64,000 nucleotides of DNA from Fidelibacterota bacterium (GCA_019650355.1 BOWX01000001.1:10514-74513); one strand, 5' to 3'; positions 1 to 11,235 are shown, counted from the stretch's first letter. A program made the numbers and translations. The notes: generated by a model not told the origin, from the sequence alone.

Positions 1-2211
1 TCTTTTGCTATTTCGCTGACATTTCCAACAGGATTTTCTATCAGATATTCCTATCAATTAAATGATATTGCAAATGAGCCTATAATTGCACCATTTGATT
101 TTGGAATTTTAAAGACAGATCAAAAACTAAATAAAGATTTAGATGAAGCTCGAAATTCAGTTCCATTTTCATTTTCAAGAGATCAAGACTTTGTTGATAA
201 TCAAATTTCTGTGATAGATACTTTTTTCATTTACTTAAATGATATATATACAGCGCATGATTTATTTATTTCATCTCAAGACTCTCTTTATAAATATCGA
301 TATGAACCAGAATTTGAGAGTTTTCAATCTAGTTTTATTGCTGATAGCACCACATATGTTACATTGTACAGTGAATTTCTTAATCAATATCAATTTCAGA
401 TTGATAAAGCCCAATGGGATCAGTTGCTGGGTATTAATGAAAGTCTTACAGAACCACTTAATTTAGAATTATTCAAAAATCAGATTAAGCAAATATGTTT
501 AAATAGATGGGCAGAAGGTATAATTGATGAACCATTAGAGAATATTTTTAGTGATGAAATAAGTATTATTCAAGGAGGGGAGCTAGTAATTGCTCCAACA
601 AAAAATTATAATGATATTGAAACAGCTTGGAAAAAAAATAGAGAAGAAGTAAATCAGATATATGATAATGAGCTTGATATTAAATCTACTCTGAGCTATG
701 AATTAATTAATGAATTTACTAAACCAAATATTCTTTTTGACAAAGATTTAACTGAATCAAGACAAAAAGAAAGATTAGATAAAGTATCAAGATTTCAAGG
801 AACTGTACTTGCTAATGAGCTAATTGTAGATACAAATAATAGAATTACTGAATCTGTGCTACTTAAGTTAAAGTCATTGCAATTAGAATCTGAAAGAAGG
901 CTTGGATATGAAAGGGCAGCAGATAAATTCAGAGAGTATTTAGGAGCTTTCTTTGTAGTATCAATATTATTGTTTTTACTTTTTTCTTTCTTTTACATTT
1001 ATAGGAACGAGTATTTTATAGAATCCAAATTATTGTTATTGATTGGATTATTGATGTACCTAATAGTGTTCTTTTCTTGGATTATAGTTAGTTATCAATT
1101 ACCTGTTTATATCATTCCAATTGCAATGTTTTCAATTTTATTAACAGTATTGCTAGATACCACGGTTTCTCTTATCTCATCAACAATATTAATACTTTTA
1201 GTCTCATTGCTCATTGGGAATGATTTAGACTTTGCAATAGTACAGTTTTTTATATCATTTATTGCAATTTTAAGTGTAAGAAAATTACGAAAAAGAAGAC
1301 AAATCATTGCAACTATGTTAACCCTAGTATTCTGTAGTTTGTTTGTATTTTTCTCTGTAATGCTTTTTAAAGGAATTGATTTCCTTGATTACAACTATTC
1401 AACAGTTGGTTATTTAGCTCTTTCAAGTTTTTTATGTCCAATTTTAGCATTTGGACTTGTACCATTATTTGAATCATTTTTTGGAATAACTACAGATTTG
1501 AGCTTAATTGAATTGCTTGATTATGATCAGCCTTTATTAAAGAAATTAATGGAAGATGCTCCCGGAACTCACACTCACAGTGTGAAAGTAGGAACTCTAG
1601 CGGAATCTTGTGCAAATGCTATTGGAGCTAGAGCACTGTTATGCAGAGTTGGATCATATTATCATGATATAGGAAAAATTAAAAAACCAGAATATTATGC
1701 AGAAAATCAAACTGGAGAAAATAAGCATGATTCTATAACTCCACATATGAGTGCAAAAATTTTAAAACAACATGTTACTGATGGACTTGCTTTAGCTGAT
1801 GAATATGGATTACCAAATATTGTTAAAGACTTTATTGAAACCCATCATGCTAAAAATAGAATGGAGTTTTTCTACAAAAAAGCATTAGAAAATGATAGCA
1901 AAGTTGATGAGAATGAATTTAGATATCCTGGGCCAAAACCTTCATCAAAAGAAACAGGTATTGTTATGTTAGCTGAAGCAATTGAAGCACAAGCTAATTC
2001 ACTGAAAAATCCAACGTTAGAAAAATTTGAAACAATGATTGATAAAGCAATTCGAAGTAGATTAGAAGACGGGCAATTAGACGAATGTCCGCTAACAATG
2101 GAAGATCTTCAAAAAATTAAAGGTAGAAGAGATGGTAAACATGGTTTGTTACCAGTACTATCAGGATTGTATCATTCTAGACCTGAGTATCCATCAAAAG
2201 ATGATGAATGA
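1..2211 (+). CDS. 7TM-receptor/HD-domain membrane phosphohydrolase (PgpH/YqfF-like); 5' end lies outside the window
   Basis: Frame 1 is open from nt 1, with no stop before the listed GTG at 211, so the gene starts upstream. A multi-TM block (aa ~235-420 of the listed ORF) is followed by an HD/HDIG region (HTHSVKVG, YYHDIGK, ETHH). It lies directly upstream of ybeY, as in the conserved yqfF-ybeY arrangement. Confidence 0.75.
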   Translation, partial: SFAISLTFPTGFSIRYSYQLNDIANEPIIAPFDFGILKTDQKLNKDLDEARNSVPFSFSRDQDFVDNQISVIDTFFIYLNDIYTAHDLFISSQDSLYKYRYEPEFESFQSSFIADSTTYVTLYSEFLNQYQFQIDKAQWDQLLGINESLTEPLNLELFKNQIKQICLNRWAEGIIDEPLENIFSDEISIIQGGELVIAPTKNYNDIETAWKKNREEVNQIYDNELDIKSTLSYELINEFTKPNILFDKDLTESRQKERLDKVSRFQGTVLANELIVDTNNRITESVLLKLKSLQLESERRLGYERAADKFREYLGAFFVVSILLFLLFSFFYIYRNEYFIESKLLLLIGLLMYLIVFFSWIIVSYQLPVYIIPIAMFSILLTVLLDTTVSLISSTILILLVSLLIGNDLDFAIVQFFISFIAILSVRKLRKRRQIIATMLTLVFCSLFVFFSVMLFKGIDFLDYNYSTVGYLALSSFLCPILAFGLVPLFESFFGITTDLSLIELLDYDQPLLKKLMEDAPGTHTHSVKVGTLAESCANAIGARALLCRVGSYYHDIGKIKKPEYYAENQTGENKHDSITPHMSAKILKQHVTDGLALADEYGLPNIVKDFIETHHAKNRMEFFYKKALENDSKVDENEFRYPGPKPSSKETGIVMLAEAIEAQANSLKNPTLEKFETMIDKAIRSRLEDGQLDECPLTMEDLQKIKGRRDGKHGLLPVLSGLYHSRPEYPSKDDE

Positions 2212-2638
2212 AATAAATATTTTTAATGAATATAAAGATATTGATTTCCATAAAGATCATATCATTCAACTAATCAATTTATCACTTGAGACAGCTAAAT
2301 ATAATCAGGTAAAAATCAACTTGATTTTCTGTGATAATGATAAGTTGAACTCTTTTAAAAAAGAATATTTTAATGACGATGTATTAACAGATATAGTTAC
2401 TTTTCCCATTAAGAATGATAATGATTTAGAAGCTGAAATATACATCAGTGTTGAAATGGCCAGGATAAATTCCAAGGAATTTAATGTTTCGCTTGATAAT
2501 GAGCTTAGTAGGCTTATAATTCATGGAGTATTGCATTTAATTGGGTTTAACGATGATACAGAAGATTCCAAAAAAATTATGTTTTTAAAACAAGAAGAGA
2601 TTATTTCCAATTTTTCAGGAAACATTTGTTGTGAGTGA
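2201..2638 (+). CDS. ybeY: endoribonuclease YbeY (rRNA maturation factor)
   Basis: HGVLHLIGFND matches the H-G-x-L-H-L-x-G-x-D metal-binding motif of YbeY. The in-frame ATG at 2201 overlaps the upstream stop and gives a typical ~145 aa protein. The ORF-track start at 2132 is probably too far upstream. Confidence 0.8.
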   Translation: MMNEINIFNEYKDIDFHKDHIIQLINLSLETAKYNQVKINLIFCDNDKLNSFKKEYFNDDVLTDIVTFPIKNDNDLEAEIYISVEMARINSKEFNVSLDNELSRLIIHGVLHLIGFNDDTEDSKKIMFLKQEEIISNFSGNICCE

Positions 2639-3401
2639 AGCAGTAAAAGAATTAATTGATATTGTAATTAAGCTAAGATCTGATAATGGTTGTGATTGGG
2701 ACAGAAAGCAAACTTCAGAATCATTGACACCACATTTAATTGAAGAAGCAAATGAGGTGGTAGATGCAGTATTAGAAAAAAATTCTGAAAATTTGAAAGA
2801 AGAGTTAGGAGATTTGCTTCTACATGTAGTTTTTCAAGCAGTTATAGCCTCTGAGAAAAAAACATTCGAGTTTGAGGACGTTGTCCAACAAATAAATGAA
2901 AAACTAATTAAAAGACATCCTCATATTTTTGACAAAAACTATGATGGTGAAGATTTATCCAATGCAAAAAATTGGGAGCTTATTAAAAAGAGCGAAAAAA
3001 ATAGAGAATCCATTCTTGATGGTATGCCTAAATCACTTTCAGCTCTAATTGTAGCCCAAAGATATCAAGATAAAACAGGCGCTGTAGGTTTTGAATGGGA
3101 AAACTTTTCTCAAGCAATGGATAAAGTTGACGAAGAATTAGGAGAGCTAAAGCAGGCTATAAACAATAATGATTTAAATAATATTGAAGAGGAAATTGGA
3201 GATTTATTAATTACCATAGTTAATCTTGCAAGATTTTTTGATATTTCAGCTGATTTAGCACTAAGAAAGACCAATCAGAAATTTTATAGAAGATTTAATT
3301 TTATTGAAAAAATTGTACAAAAAAATAATCAAAAAATTGAAGATATATCATTAGGGGAACTATTAAATTATTGGGAGAAAGCTAAGCATGAAGAAAAATA
3401 A
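2631..3401 (+). CDS. mazG: nucleoside triphosphate pyrophosphohydrolase MazG
   Basis: Two tandem MazG-type EExxE/D helices (IEEANEVVDAV..ELGDLLLHV and VDEELGELKQA..EEIGDLL). The 256 aa length is typical. The GTG start overlaps the ybeY stop. Confidence 0.8.
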   Translation: MSEAVKELIDIVIKLRSDNGCDWDRKQTSESLTPHLIEEANEVVDAVLEKNSENLKEELGDLLLHVVFQAVIASEKKTFEFEDVVQQINEKLIKRHPHIFDKNYDGEDLSNAKNWELIKKSEKNRESILDGMPKSLSALIVAQRYQDKTGAVGFEWENFSQAMDKVDEELGELKQAINNNDLNNIEEEIGDLLITIVNLARFFDISADLALRKTNQKFYRRFNFIEKIVQKNNQKIEDISLGELLNYWEKAKHEEK

Positions 3402-3810
3402 AATCGTTGGAATAACTTTTGGTTCTTTTGATCTTTGTCATTACGGCCATGCTTTGATGTTTGAAGAATGTAAGGAATATTGCGACTACTTAATTGTTGG
3501 GGTACAATCAGATCCTAGCATAGATCGTCCTGAAAAAAATAAACCTGTTCAATCACATGAAGAAAGAATAGGTATAGTAAGTTCTCTAAAGTTTGTTGAT
3601 GAAGTGGTAACATATGATACCGAAGCTGACTTAATTGAGGTTTTAAAAAATATTCAGCCAGATGTAAGAATTCTTGGTGCAGATCATGAAGGAAAGCCTT
3701 TTACAGGACATGAGCTTCCTATTAAATGTATTTTTAATACAAGAGACCATGGTTATTCCACTTCAGAGCTTAGAAGGAGAGTTTTTGAAGCAGAGAAAAG
3801 TAAAAATTAG
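3388..3810 (+). CDS. small cytidylyltransferase-family nucleotidyltransferase (TagD / glycerol-3-phosphate cytidylyltransferase-like)
   Basis: GSFDLCHYGH (HxGH motif), VQSDPS...KNKPV and the C-terminal RDHGYSTSELRRRV (RxxGxST motif). The 140 aa length is typical. Confidence 0.6.
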   Translation: MKKNKIVGITFGSFDLCHYGHALMFEECKEYCDYLIVGVQSDPSIDRPEKNKPVQSHEERIGIVSSLKFVDEVVTYDTEADLIEVLKNIQPDVRILGADHEGKPFTGHELPIKCIFNTRDHGYSTSELRRRVFEAEKSKN

Positions 3811-4385
3811 TTTCCAATTAGGTAATTAAATATAATACTAGATCCCAATCTTAAATTGTTATCCTCATTAAGTTCACTTTCAAAAATACTTTCTTCTTTT
3901 AAAGCTAAAACTCGAAGCTTTTCACTAATGTATACTTGTTTTGTGTTAAACTGTAATTGTTCAAAATTGACTCTATATGGATTATTTTTCAAAACTTCTG
4001 AAATGGAATTATTTTTTTCAGGATATTCGGCTAGCAGTTTTTTAAGAAAGATTGATAATGTATAATCAGACTTATAATTATCAATTAATAGTAAACTTCC
4101 ATTCAAAATCATTCTATTTAACTCTTGAATATGAGTTTCTGATAATTTTAAATAAGAATTACCGCATAGAAATATTATTGCATATTTAGAAAATACTAAA
4201 TTAGCTTCATCATTTATTTCAAATGCTAAATCAATATTTGAAGTATTTTTAAGGTATTCAGATAATTTATTTGCTTCATCAATATTACAACTTCCATATA
4301 ATAATATTTTATCTGATTGAGCAAATAATTGATTGACGAGCATTAGCATTATTAATAATGCAGTTATATTTAGTTTTTTAATCAT
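3807..4385 (-). CDS. hypothetical secreted protein (possibly DUF4159-like)
   Basis: N-terminal signal peptide (LLIMLMLVNQLFAQS). I recognise no catalytic motif. The weak DUF4159 resemblance (YAIIFLCGNSYLKLSETHIQELNRMILNGSLLLIDN) is from memory only. Confidence 0.35.
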   Translation of the reverse strand: MIKKLNITALLIMLMLVNQLFAQSDKILLYGSCNIDEANKLSEYLKNTSNIDLAFEINDEANLVFSKYAIIFLCGNSYLKLSETHIQELNRMILNGSLLLIDNYKSDYTLSIFLKKLLAEYPEKNNSISEVLKNNPYRVNFEQLQFNTKQVYISEKLRVLALKEESIFESELNEDNNLRLGSSIIFNYLIGN

Positions 4386-4416
4386 TATTAATAATTTAGG
4401 TTTTAATTTTATTTAA

Positions 4417-5586
4417 ATGAAAAAACTTAAATTTTATCTCATAATAGTTTTGATAACTTCATTAGCATTTAATCAAGATCAAAACTTTGATAAATCAATT
4501 AAAGATACTGAAGAACAAATTAGTAGACTTAAAGCATCTATCAATTCAGGTAATAATGAAGTTGAAAAATTGAAAACTCAATCAAAAAAAACAAAAGATA
4601 TAATTGAATTAACTAGAAAAAATATTAAAAACTCAAATGCATTAATTAATGCATATGACAAAAAAATAAGTCTTTATAATAAGCAATTAGTGAATCTTGA
4701 AAATGCAATCATCAGAAATAATCAATCCATTAATGATATAAAAAAATCTTATGAAATAAGATCAATAAGTCTTTATAAAAATAGAAATAATGATCTTTCA
4801 AATTACATCTTTAATTCCAAAAGTTTTTCGCAGATGATTTATCGTCTTAAATACTTTAATATAATTTCAGAGATAAATCAAAAGTCTGTTGATAAAATAA
4901 AAACTACACAAAAGTTTAATAGACAAAAAACTTCTGAAATTTCTGGACTGCTTGATAAGGTTGAAGAAAGTAAAAATTCCAAAAAAACAGAAATATCTAG
5001 CTTAAATCAGAAAAAAAGATATCAAGAAAAGTTACTGAAACAACTCAAAAAGGAAGAAAATGAAGTAAAAGCTGAGATCGCAATACAATTACAACAAATT
5101 GATGCTTTGGAAAAACTTCGTAAGCAAATTATTGCGGACAAAAAAAAGTATAATGAGCAGCAGTTAGCTAGCTTAAAAAGAATTGATAAGGATATAAGGA
5201 ATTATAAAGGAAAGTTAGATTGGCCTGTTCAGGGGAAAGTCGTTAAATCATTTGGACCACAATGGAATCCTCGTTTAAACACTACTTTAGATAATCCAGG
5301 TATTGATATTAGCGCAAGAGCAACACTTCCAGTTAAAAGTGTTTTTGATGGATATGTATCAACCATTACATTTATAGCTGGATATGGAACTACTGTGATA
5401 ATCGATCACAACAATAGTTACTACACTGTTTTTACTCATTTAGAAAATTTGCTTATATCAGAAAATATGAATGTTAGAGAAGGTCAAAATATTGGTTATG
5501 TATCAAATGATAATATTATTCATTTTGAAATTTGGGGTAATAATCAAAAATTAAATCCAGAAAAATGGTTAGTTAATGGAAATTAG
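4417..5586 (+). CDS. EnvC-like coiled-coil protein with degenerate LytM/M23 peptidase domain
   Basis: Signal peptide, then ~230 aa of K/E/Q/N-rich coiled coil, then a C-terminal M23 fold (GIDISA..PVKSVFDGYVS..GYGTTVIIDHNNSYYTVFTHL..GQNIGYV..HFEIW). The usual HxxxD histidine reads NPGID, and HxH reads IIHFE. Confidence 0.7.
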   Translation: MKKLKFYLIIVLITSLAFNQDQNFDKSIKDTEEQISRLKASINSGNNEVEKLKTQSKKTKDIIELTRKNIKNSNALINAYDKKISLYNKQLVNLENAIIRNNQSINDIKKSYEIRSISLYKNRNNDLSNYIFNSKSFSQMIYRLKYFNIISEINQKSVDKIKTTQKFNRQKTSEISGLLDKVEESKNSKKTEISSLNQKKRYQEKLLKQLKKEENEVKAEIAIQLQQIDALEKLRKQIIADKKKYNEQQLASLKRIDKDIRNYKGKLDWPVQGKVVKSFGPQWNPRLNTTLDNPGIDISARATLPVKSVFDGYVSTITFIAGYGTTVIIDHNNSYYTVFTHLENLLISENMNVREGQNIGYVSNDNIIHFEIWGNNQKLNPEKWLVNGN

Positions 5587-6640
5587 TCAAATACAAAGTG
5601 GATCATGGCAAAAGTTTGAAAATGCCATCAAAGAAAAAAAAATTTCAAATGCTTACATTATTCATGGACCATCTGGCTCAGGTAAAGAAGCATTAGCATT
5701 GCAATTTGCTGCTCAGGTTTTATCATCAAAAATGACTGATTTGGTTTCTAACGAAAATATTACTTTTATTGCTCCAGCATCAAAAGATTTTTACCAAAAT
5801 TTATTTAAAAGTAAAACATTTGAAACTGATGAGTATAACCAATGGAAAGAATTTTTAAGTAATAAAATGTACAATCCTTTCTTGAAAAAGGTTTTATCTG
5901 ATAGTAATAATATTCCTGTTGTAACAATTAATAATTTAAAAGAGAAAATCTACTTTAAGACCAGTAGTAGAAAGATTGTAGTAATTTTTAACTCTGAGGC
6001 ATTATCTCATGGAAGTGGTGAATCAGCAAATATGCTTTTAAAAGTGTTAGAAGAACCACCGAGCAATACTACATTTATTTTAGTAACTGATTATATTGAT
6101 AAGGTAATGCCAACAATTAAGTCACGATGTCAGTCTGTATATGTTCCTAGATTAACAAATGACTCAATTGCACAATTTTTTACAAAAAACAACCAATTAT
6201 CTTCCAATTTCATTTCTTTTATTACAGATAATAATTTAAATGCACTCAATTCACTTAATTCTTTTGACAAAGAGGAAATTCTAGATTGTATAAAAGATTA
6301 TTTTAATGCAATTAGATATAAGAATGCAGAATCTATTTCAGGTTTTATAGATAGAATCGAAAGCCTTTATAAATCCTCAAGAAATGAATTTGATTTTCAC
6401 CTATCAGTAATTGGGAAGTTCATTAAGCTCATTTCAATGATTAATCAGTCTATTGATTATGATATTGAATTTGAGGAATTTGAAGAACTAGCATTAATTA
6501 TTAATAAAAAATATGAAAATATGGATCATATCAAATTAATTGAAAACATTGAAAAATTTATAAGTGCGCTTGATGGTAACGCAAATTTCAGGTTATCATT
6601 AATGAACATGATTATTAATTCAAATAAGGCGTTAAATTAG
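5576..6640 (+). CDS. holB: DNA polymerase III subunit delta'
   Basis: AYIIHGPSGSGKEALA (P-loop-like), LLKVLEEPPSNTTFILVT and TIKSRCQ, which are classic clamp-loader delta' motifs. Confidence 0.8.
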   Translation: MEISQIQSGSWQKFENAIKEKKISNAYIIHGPSGSGKEALALQFAAQVLSSKMTDLVSNENITFIAPASKDFYQNLFKSKTFETDEYNQWKEFLSNKMYNPFLKKVLSDSNNIPVVTINNLKEKIYFKTSSRKIVVIFNSEALSHGSGESANMLLKVLEEPPSNTTFILVTDYIDKVMPTIKSRCQSVYVPRLTNDSIAQFFTKNNQLSSNFISFITDNNLNALNSLNSFDKEEILDCIKDYFNAIRYKNAESISGFIDRIESLYKSSRNEFDFHLSVIGKFIKLISMINQSIDYDIEFEEFEELALIINKKYENMDHIKLIENIEKFISALDGNANFRLSLMNMIINSNKALN

Positions 6641-6643
6641 CAC

Positions 6644-8118
6644 ATGGAAAAGTATTATATAACTACACCAATATATTATGTAAATGATAAGCCTCATATT
6701 GGGCATGCATATACAACAATACTTGCAGATACCATTTCAAGATTTAGGGCTTTAATAGGAGAAAAACCCACTTTTTTAACTGGATTAGATGAGCATGGGT
6801 TAAAAGTCCAGCAAGCAGCAGAAAAAAATGGAAAGGCGCCTCAGGATCATTGCGATTCAATGGCTCCAGCATTTAAAGATTTGTGGAAAAAATTAAAAAT
6901 TAACTATTCTGATTTCATTAGGACTACGGAGCATAGACATACAAAGATTGTTCAAAAAATTTTAACAAAAGTTCATGAATCAGGTGATATATATATGGAC
7001 GAGTACGAAGGATGGTATTCAATATCTGAAGAAAGATTTATTACAGAAAAGGAGCTTGATTCTGGTCAATTTGGTCAGGTAAAACAAATAAAGGAAAAAA
7101 ATTATTTTTTCAGAATGAGTAAATACCAAGCAACCTTAATAGATAAAATTGAAAAAGATGAATTGTTAATTCAGCCAAAAAGTAGAAAGAATGAGGTGCT
7201 TGGTTTTCTTAAAAATGAATTGTCTGATCTTTGCATTTCCAGACCAAAATCTCGACTTGAGTGGGGAATAGAACTACCTTTTGATGATAATTATGTCACA
7301 TATGTATGGTTTGATGCACTAATCAATTATATATCAGCTATTGGAGCATATAGCAATGATGAGCAGTTTTCTTCTTTATGGCCTGCAGATGTTCATTTAA
7401 TTGGTAAGGATATTTTAACTACCCATTCGGTTTATTGGCCTACAATGTTGCTATCATTAGGATTGCCATTACCGGAAAGAATTTTTGCACATGGATGGTG
7501 GCTGACTGATGATCAGAAAATGAGTAAATCATTAGGAAATGTTGTAAGTCCCTTAATGTTAATAGATGACTTCGGAGTTGATTCTGTAAGATATTATCTA
7601 ATGTCTGAAATGGTTTTAGGTATGGATGCAACATTTTCATCAGAATCTTTTGAAAAAAAATATAATAGTGACTTAGCTAATGATTTTGGCAATTTAGTGA
7701 GCAGAGTTTCAACTTTAATAAAGAATAATTTTGATGAAAAAATTCCAGAAAGCAGTTTAGCAGAATCTGATCTCTCTACCAATTTTCAGAAAATAGTTTT
7801 AAAAGAACAATTAGATAATTTAGAGATTGATAAAGTAATTAATGATATAATGACTTTCATTCGTAGCATTAATGTTTTTATGGAACAAAACGAACCATGG
7901 AAATTAGTAAAAAGTGATAAAGTCAGGCTGGAAATATACTATACCATTGCGCAGAATCCTTAAGGTTAGCTGCTATAATGTTATCTCCTGTAATGCCTTC
8001 AAAAACTAAGGATATTTTAGATATTCTAGGAACTAATGATGTAGAATTAGTTTGGGGTAAATTAGAATCAGGATCAAAGATTTCTATTTCAAAGCCTATT
8101 TTCCCGAGAATTAGTTAA
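6644..8118 (+). CDS. metG: methionine--tRNA ligase; reading frame broken by one frameshift near 7931-7935
   Basis: YYVNDKPHIGH (HIGH) and KMSKSLGN (KMSKS). The listed ORF stops at 7963, but the conserved C-terminus (ILYHCAESLRLAAIMLSPVMPSKTKDILDILG...PIFPRIS*) continues in frame 1 to 8118. Restoring one A in GAAAT (7931-7935) joins the two parts. Confidence 0.85.
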
Positions 8119-8877
8119 TGCTATTAATTGATACACATGCACATCTTTATTATGATAATATGTATGAGAATTTATCTGAAGTTCTGAAGTTAGCAGAATC
8201 TAATAATGTAAAAAAAAACTATTTGTATAGGTACAGATCTTGAGACTTCATTAAAGTCAGTAGAAATCGCAGAGCAGTATGAAAATATTTTTGCTACAGT
8301 AGGTATTCATCCACATGATTCAAAAGATGCCCCAAAAAATTATTTGCTTGAGCTTGAAAAATTATCTGAAAGTAATAAAGTGGTAGCAATTGGTGAAATT
8401 GGAATTGATAATTATAGAAATCATTCTCCACAAGATATACAGAAAAAAGTAATGATAGAACAAATGGATCTTGCATATAAATTAAATCTTCCAATTGTCT
8501 TTCATAATAGAGATGCAGATAATGAAATATTTGATGTGTTGAAAAAACATCCATTTCATAAAGCATTATCTCATTGTTTTTCAAGCAATTTAGATTTTGC
8601 AAACAAACTGATATCTCTTGGAATCAAAATTTCTTTTTCAGGGAATGTGACTTTTAAAAATGCTACTAATACTGAAGTGGTAGAAAATATTTCAATTAAT
8701 GATTTTATGCTTGAAACTGATTGTCCATTTTTAGCACCTCATCCATTTAGAGGTAGTAAAAATGAACCAAAGTACGTATTGACAATAGCCGAAAAAATTG
8801 CCGAGTTAAGAGGTGAAACGTTAGAACAAATTGCATTATCTACTTCAAAAAATGCGGAACAATTTTTTAATATATAA
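8118..8877 (+). CDS. tatD: TatD-family metal-dependent DNase/hydrolase; frameshift in the A9 run at 8210-8218
   Basis: The N-terminus MLLIDTHAHLYYD (the HxH metal motif) starts at a TAATG overlap with metG. After the A9 run the frame changes to TICIGTDLETS...GIHPHD...AIGEIGID, which is continuous with listed ORF 8344..8877. Confidence 0.8.
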
Positions 8878-9638
8878 ATGGTTTTTGCAAAAAAGAAATG
8901 GGGACAAAATTTTCTAGTTGATAATAATCTATTAGAAAAAATAATCAAAACCATTGATATCAAAAAAGATGATGAAATATTAGAAATAGGCCCAGGCATG
9001 GTGCACTATCTGAAAAAATTATACAAAAAACTAAAACTCTAAAAATGGTTGAGATTGATCCTGAACTGATTCAAGTAATTGGTCAAAATCCATTACTTTC
9101 ACCATTTGAAATTTTTAATCAAGATATTTTAAAAACAAATCTTCAGGAATTAGGTTTAAATAATCCAAAGGTTATTGGAAATATTCCATATAATATCACT
9201 TCTCCAATTATATTTTGGCTTATTGATCACTTGCCTTATTGGAATGAATCATATCTGATGGTTCAAAAAGAGGTTGCTCAAAGATTAATAGCCGATATCG
9301 GAACAAAAGATTATAGTCGAATAACAGTAATGACTGGTTTGTATTTTAATATCAAAATATGTTTTTATATTTCTACAAATGTATTCAATCCAAAGCCAAA
9401 AGTTGAATCAGCCTTTATATCAATTAAAAAGAATGATAAATATGATTTAAGTAAAATTGATTCAAAGAAATATAGTCAGGTAGTTCGTATGGCTTTTAAT
9501 CAAAGAAGAAAAATGTTAAGAAATTCCCTTTCTGCATTGGACATTAATAGAGATAAGTGTGAGGTTGATTTTCAAAGAAGACCAGAACAGCTTACAATAG
9601 ATGAATTTTTGGACATTTCTAATAATATTATATCCTAA
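8878..9638 (+). CDS. rsmA: 16S rRNA (adenine1518/1519-N6)-dimethyltransferase RsmA/KsgA; frameshift near 9000-9002
   Basis: [13 protein letters not shown]...ILEIGPG is the N-terminal SAM motif. GALSEKI...MVEIDPEL continues in frame 0 into listed ORF 9045..9638 ([16 protein letters not shown]). One missing G in ATGGTGC would join them. Confidence 0.8.
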
Positions 9639-9675
9639 TTGGCATTTTTGAATTTTATCACTAAGTTTCCGCACG

Positions 9676-9870
9676 ATGATTGAAGTAAACATAAAAGACA
9701 ATGAATCTTTAGAGAGAGCACTTAGACGTTTCAAAAAGAAATGGGAACGTTCAGGTGTGCTTAAAGACGTTAAAAGAAAAGCTTTTTATGAAAAGCCTAG
9801 CGTTACAAAGAGAATTGCCAAAAAACAAACCATTAGAAGAGCAGTAAGACTAGCAAAGTTTAATAACTAA
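9676..9870 (+). CDS. rpsU: 30S ribosomal protein S21
   Basis: 64 aa and basic. ESLERALRRFKKKWERSGVLKDVKRKAFYEKPS is the S21 signature. Confidence 0.9.
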   Translation: MIEVNIKDNESLERALRRFKKKWERSGVLKDVKRKAFYEKPSVTKRIAKKQTIRRAVRLAKFNN

Positions 9871-9921
9871 TAGTCCATATCTCCTCTTTCAATTCTAATA
9901 AAAAAGTTCTAATCTACAACT

Positions 9922-11235
9922 ATGTTAATTAGAAGTGCATCCGGTCTTAGAGGAATAGCTGAAGATCATTTTACCCCTGAATTAATTGATAATTACATTT
10001 CTGCATTTATTTCTACTCAAAATATAAAATCATGTGTTATTGGAAGAGATGGCAGACCTTCAGGGAAGCAAATTTCTCAATGGGTAATTGATTCGTTTCA
10101 TAAAAATGGAATCAATGTTGAAAACTGTGGTCTTGCAACAACTCCTACAATGCAAGTCATGACTGAAAAAGAACATTTTGATGGTGGTATTGTAATTACA
10201 GCTAGTCATAATCCATCTGAGTACAACGGATTAAAGTTCCTGCAAAAAGATGGGACATTTTTAAGTCCTGAGCAATGTGAAGAATTATTTAAAGCAGTCG
10301 ATCGGAATGTTTCAATAGAACCACCTGATTCACTTGGAGTAGTTTCAGACTATTCCACAGCAAATGAAGAGCATATAGATAAGGTTTTAGCTGCAAAATG
10401 TATCGACACAGATAATATTCGAAAAAATAACTTTAAAGTTGTAATTGATGCTGTAAATGGAGCAGGGTCATTTATTCTACCAATGCTTTGTGAGCGATTA
10501 GATTGTGAAGTTATACCAATGAATTGTAGTGGAGATGGATATTTTTCTAGAATACCAGAGCCACTAGCTGAAAATTTAGATGCTTTAGAGCAAAAAGTTT
10601 TAGAGGTTGGTGCTGATATTGGATTTGCTACAGATCCCGATGGAGATAGATTATCAATAGTTTCTAATAAAGGAAAAGCAATTGGAGAGGAATATACATT
10701 AGTTTTAGCAGTGAAAAATTATTTGAATTTTCAAGAAAGTATGGTTGTAACTAATCTATCAACCTCAATGATGCTTGATAATATTACAAACAAAACTATA
10801 AGAACAAGGATTGGGGAAGCGCACGTTGTTCAAAAAATGAATGAGTTGAATATTTCCATAGGTGGCGAAGGAAATGGAGGAGTGATTCTGAAAGAAGTAC
10901 ACTTAGGAAGGGATTCTTTGGTGGCAGTTTCTATGATTTTAAGCTTATTATCTATTTCCGGAAAATCAATTAGTGATGAAATTTGCAGCATACCAAAATA
11001 TTTAATGGTAAAAGATAAGATTCTTCTTAATAGTAAAATTGATTTTGATAGTCTTGAAAGTATATTTGATTGTGACGAAATTAATAAAATTGATGGTATA
11101 AAATTTAGTTGGTCAGATAAATGGATTCACATAAGAAAATCTAATACAGAGCCAATAATAAGAATTTTTGCTGAAGCACCAAATCAAGACGAAGTTGATG
11201 AGTTGGTCAATACATTAAAAAATTATGTAAAATGA
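9922..11235 (+). CDS. phosphohexomutase family protein (phosphoglucosamine mutase / phosphomannomutase-like)
   Basis: Active-site loop TASHNPSEYNGLK, Mg site FATDPDGDR and sugar loop GGEGNGG. The exact substrate cannot be told from the sequence. Confidence 0.7.
   Translation: MLIRSASGLRGIAEDHFTPELIDNYISAFISTQNIKSCVIGRDGRPSGKQISQWVIDSFHKNGINVENCGLATTPTMQVMTEKEHFDGGIVITASHNPSEYNGLKFLQKDGTFLSPEQCEELFKAVDRNVSIEPPDSLGVVSDYSTANEEHIDKVLAAKCIDTDNIRKNNFKVVIDAVNGAGSFILPMLCERLDCEVIPMNCSGDGYFSRIPEPLAENLDALEQKVLEVGADIGFATDPDGDRLSIVSNKGKAIGEEYTLVLAVKNYLNFQESMVVTNLSTSMMLDNITNKTIRTRIGEAHVVQKMNELNISIGGEGNGGVILKEVHLGRDSLVAVSMILSLLSISGKSISDEICSIPKYLMVKDKILLNSKIDFDSLESIFDCDEINKIDGIKFSWSDKWIHIRKSNTEPIIRIFAEAPNQDEVDELVNTLKNYVK

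Noticed and set aside
8210-8218. Programmed ribosomal frameshifting or transcriptional slippage at the A/T runs.
   Set aside because: The shifts occur in about a dozen unrelated housekeeping genes with no known recoding. The sites have no common slippery heptamer or downstream structure, and some are not in long runs. Indel error is the simpler explanation.
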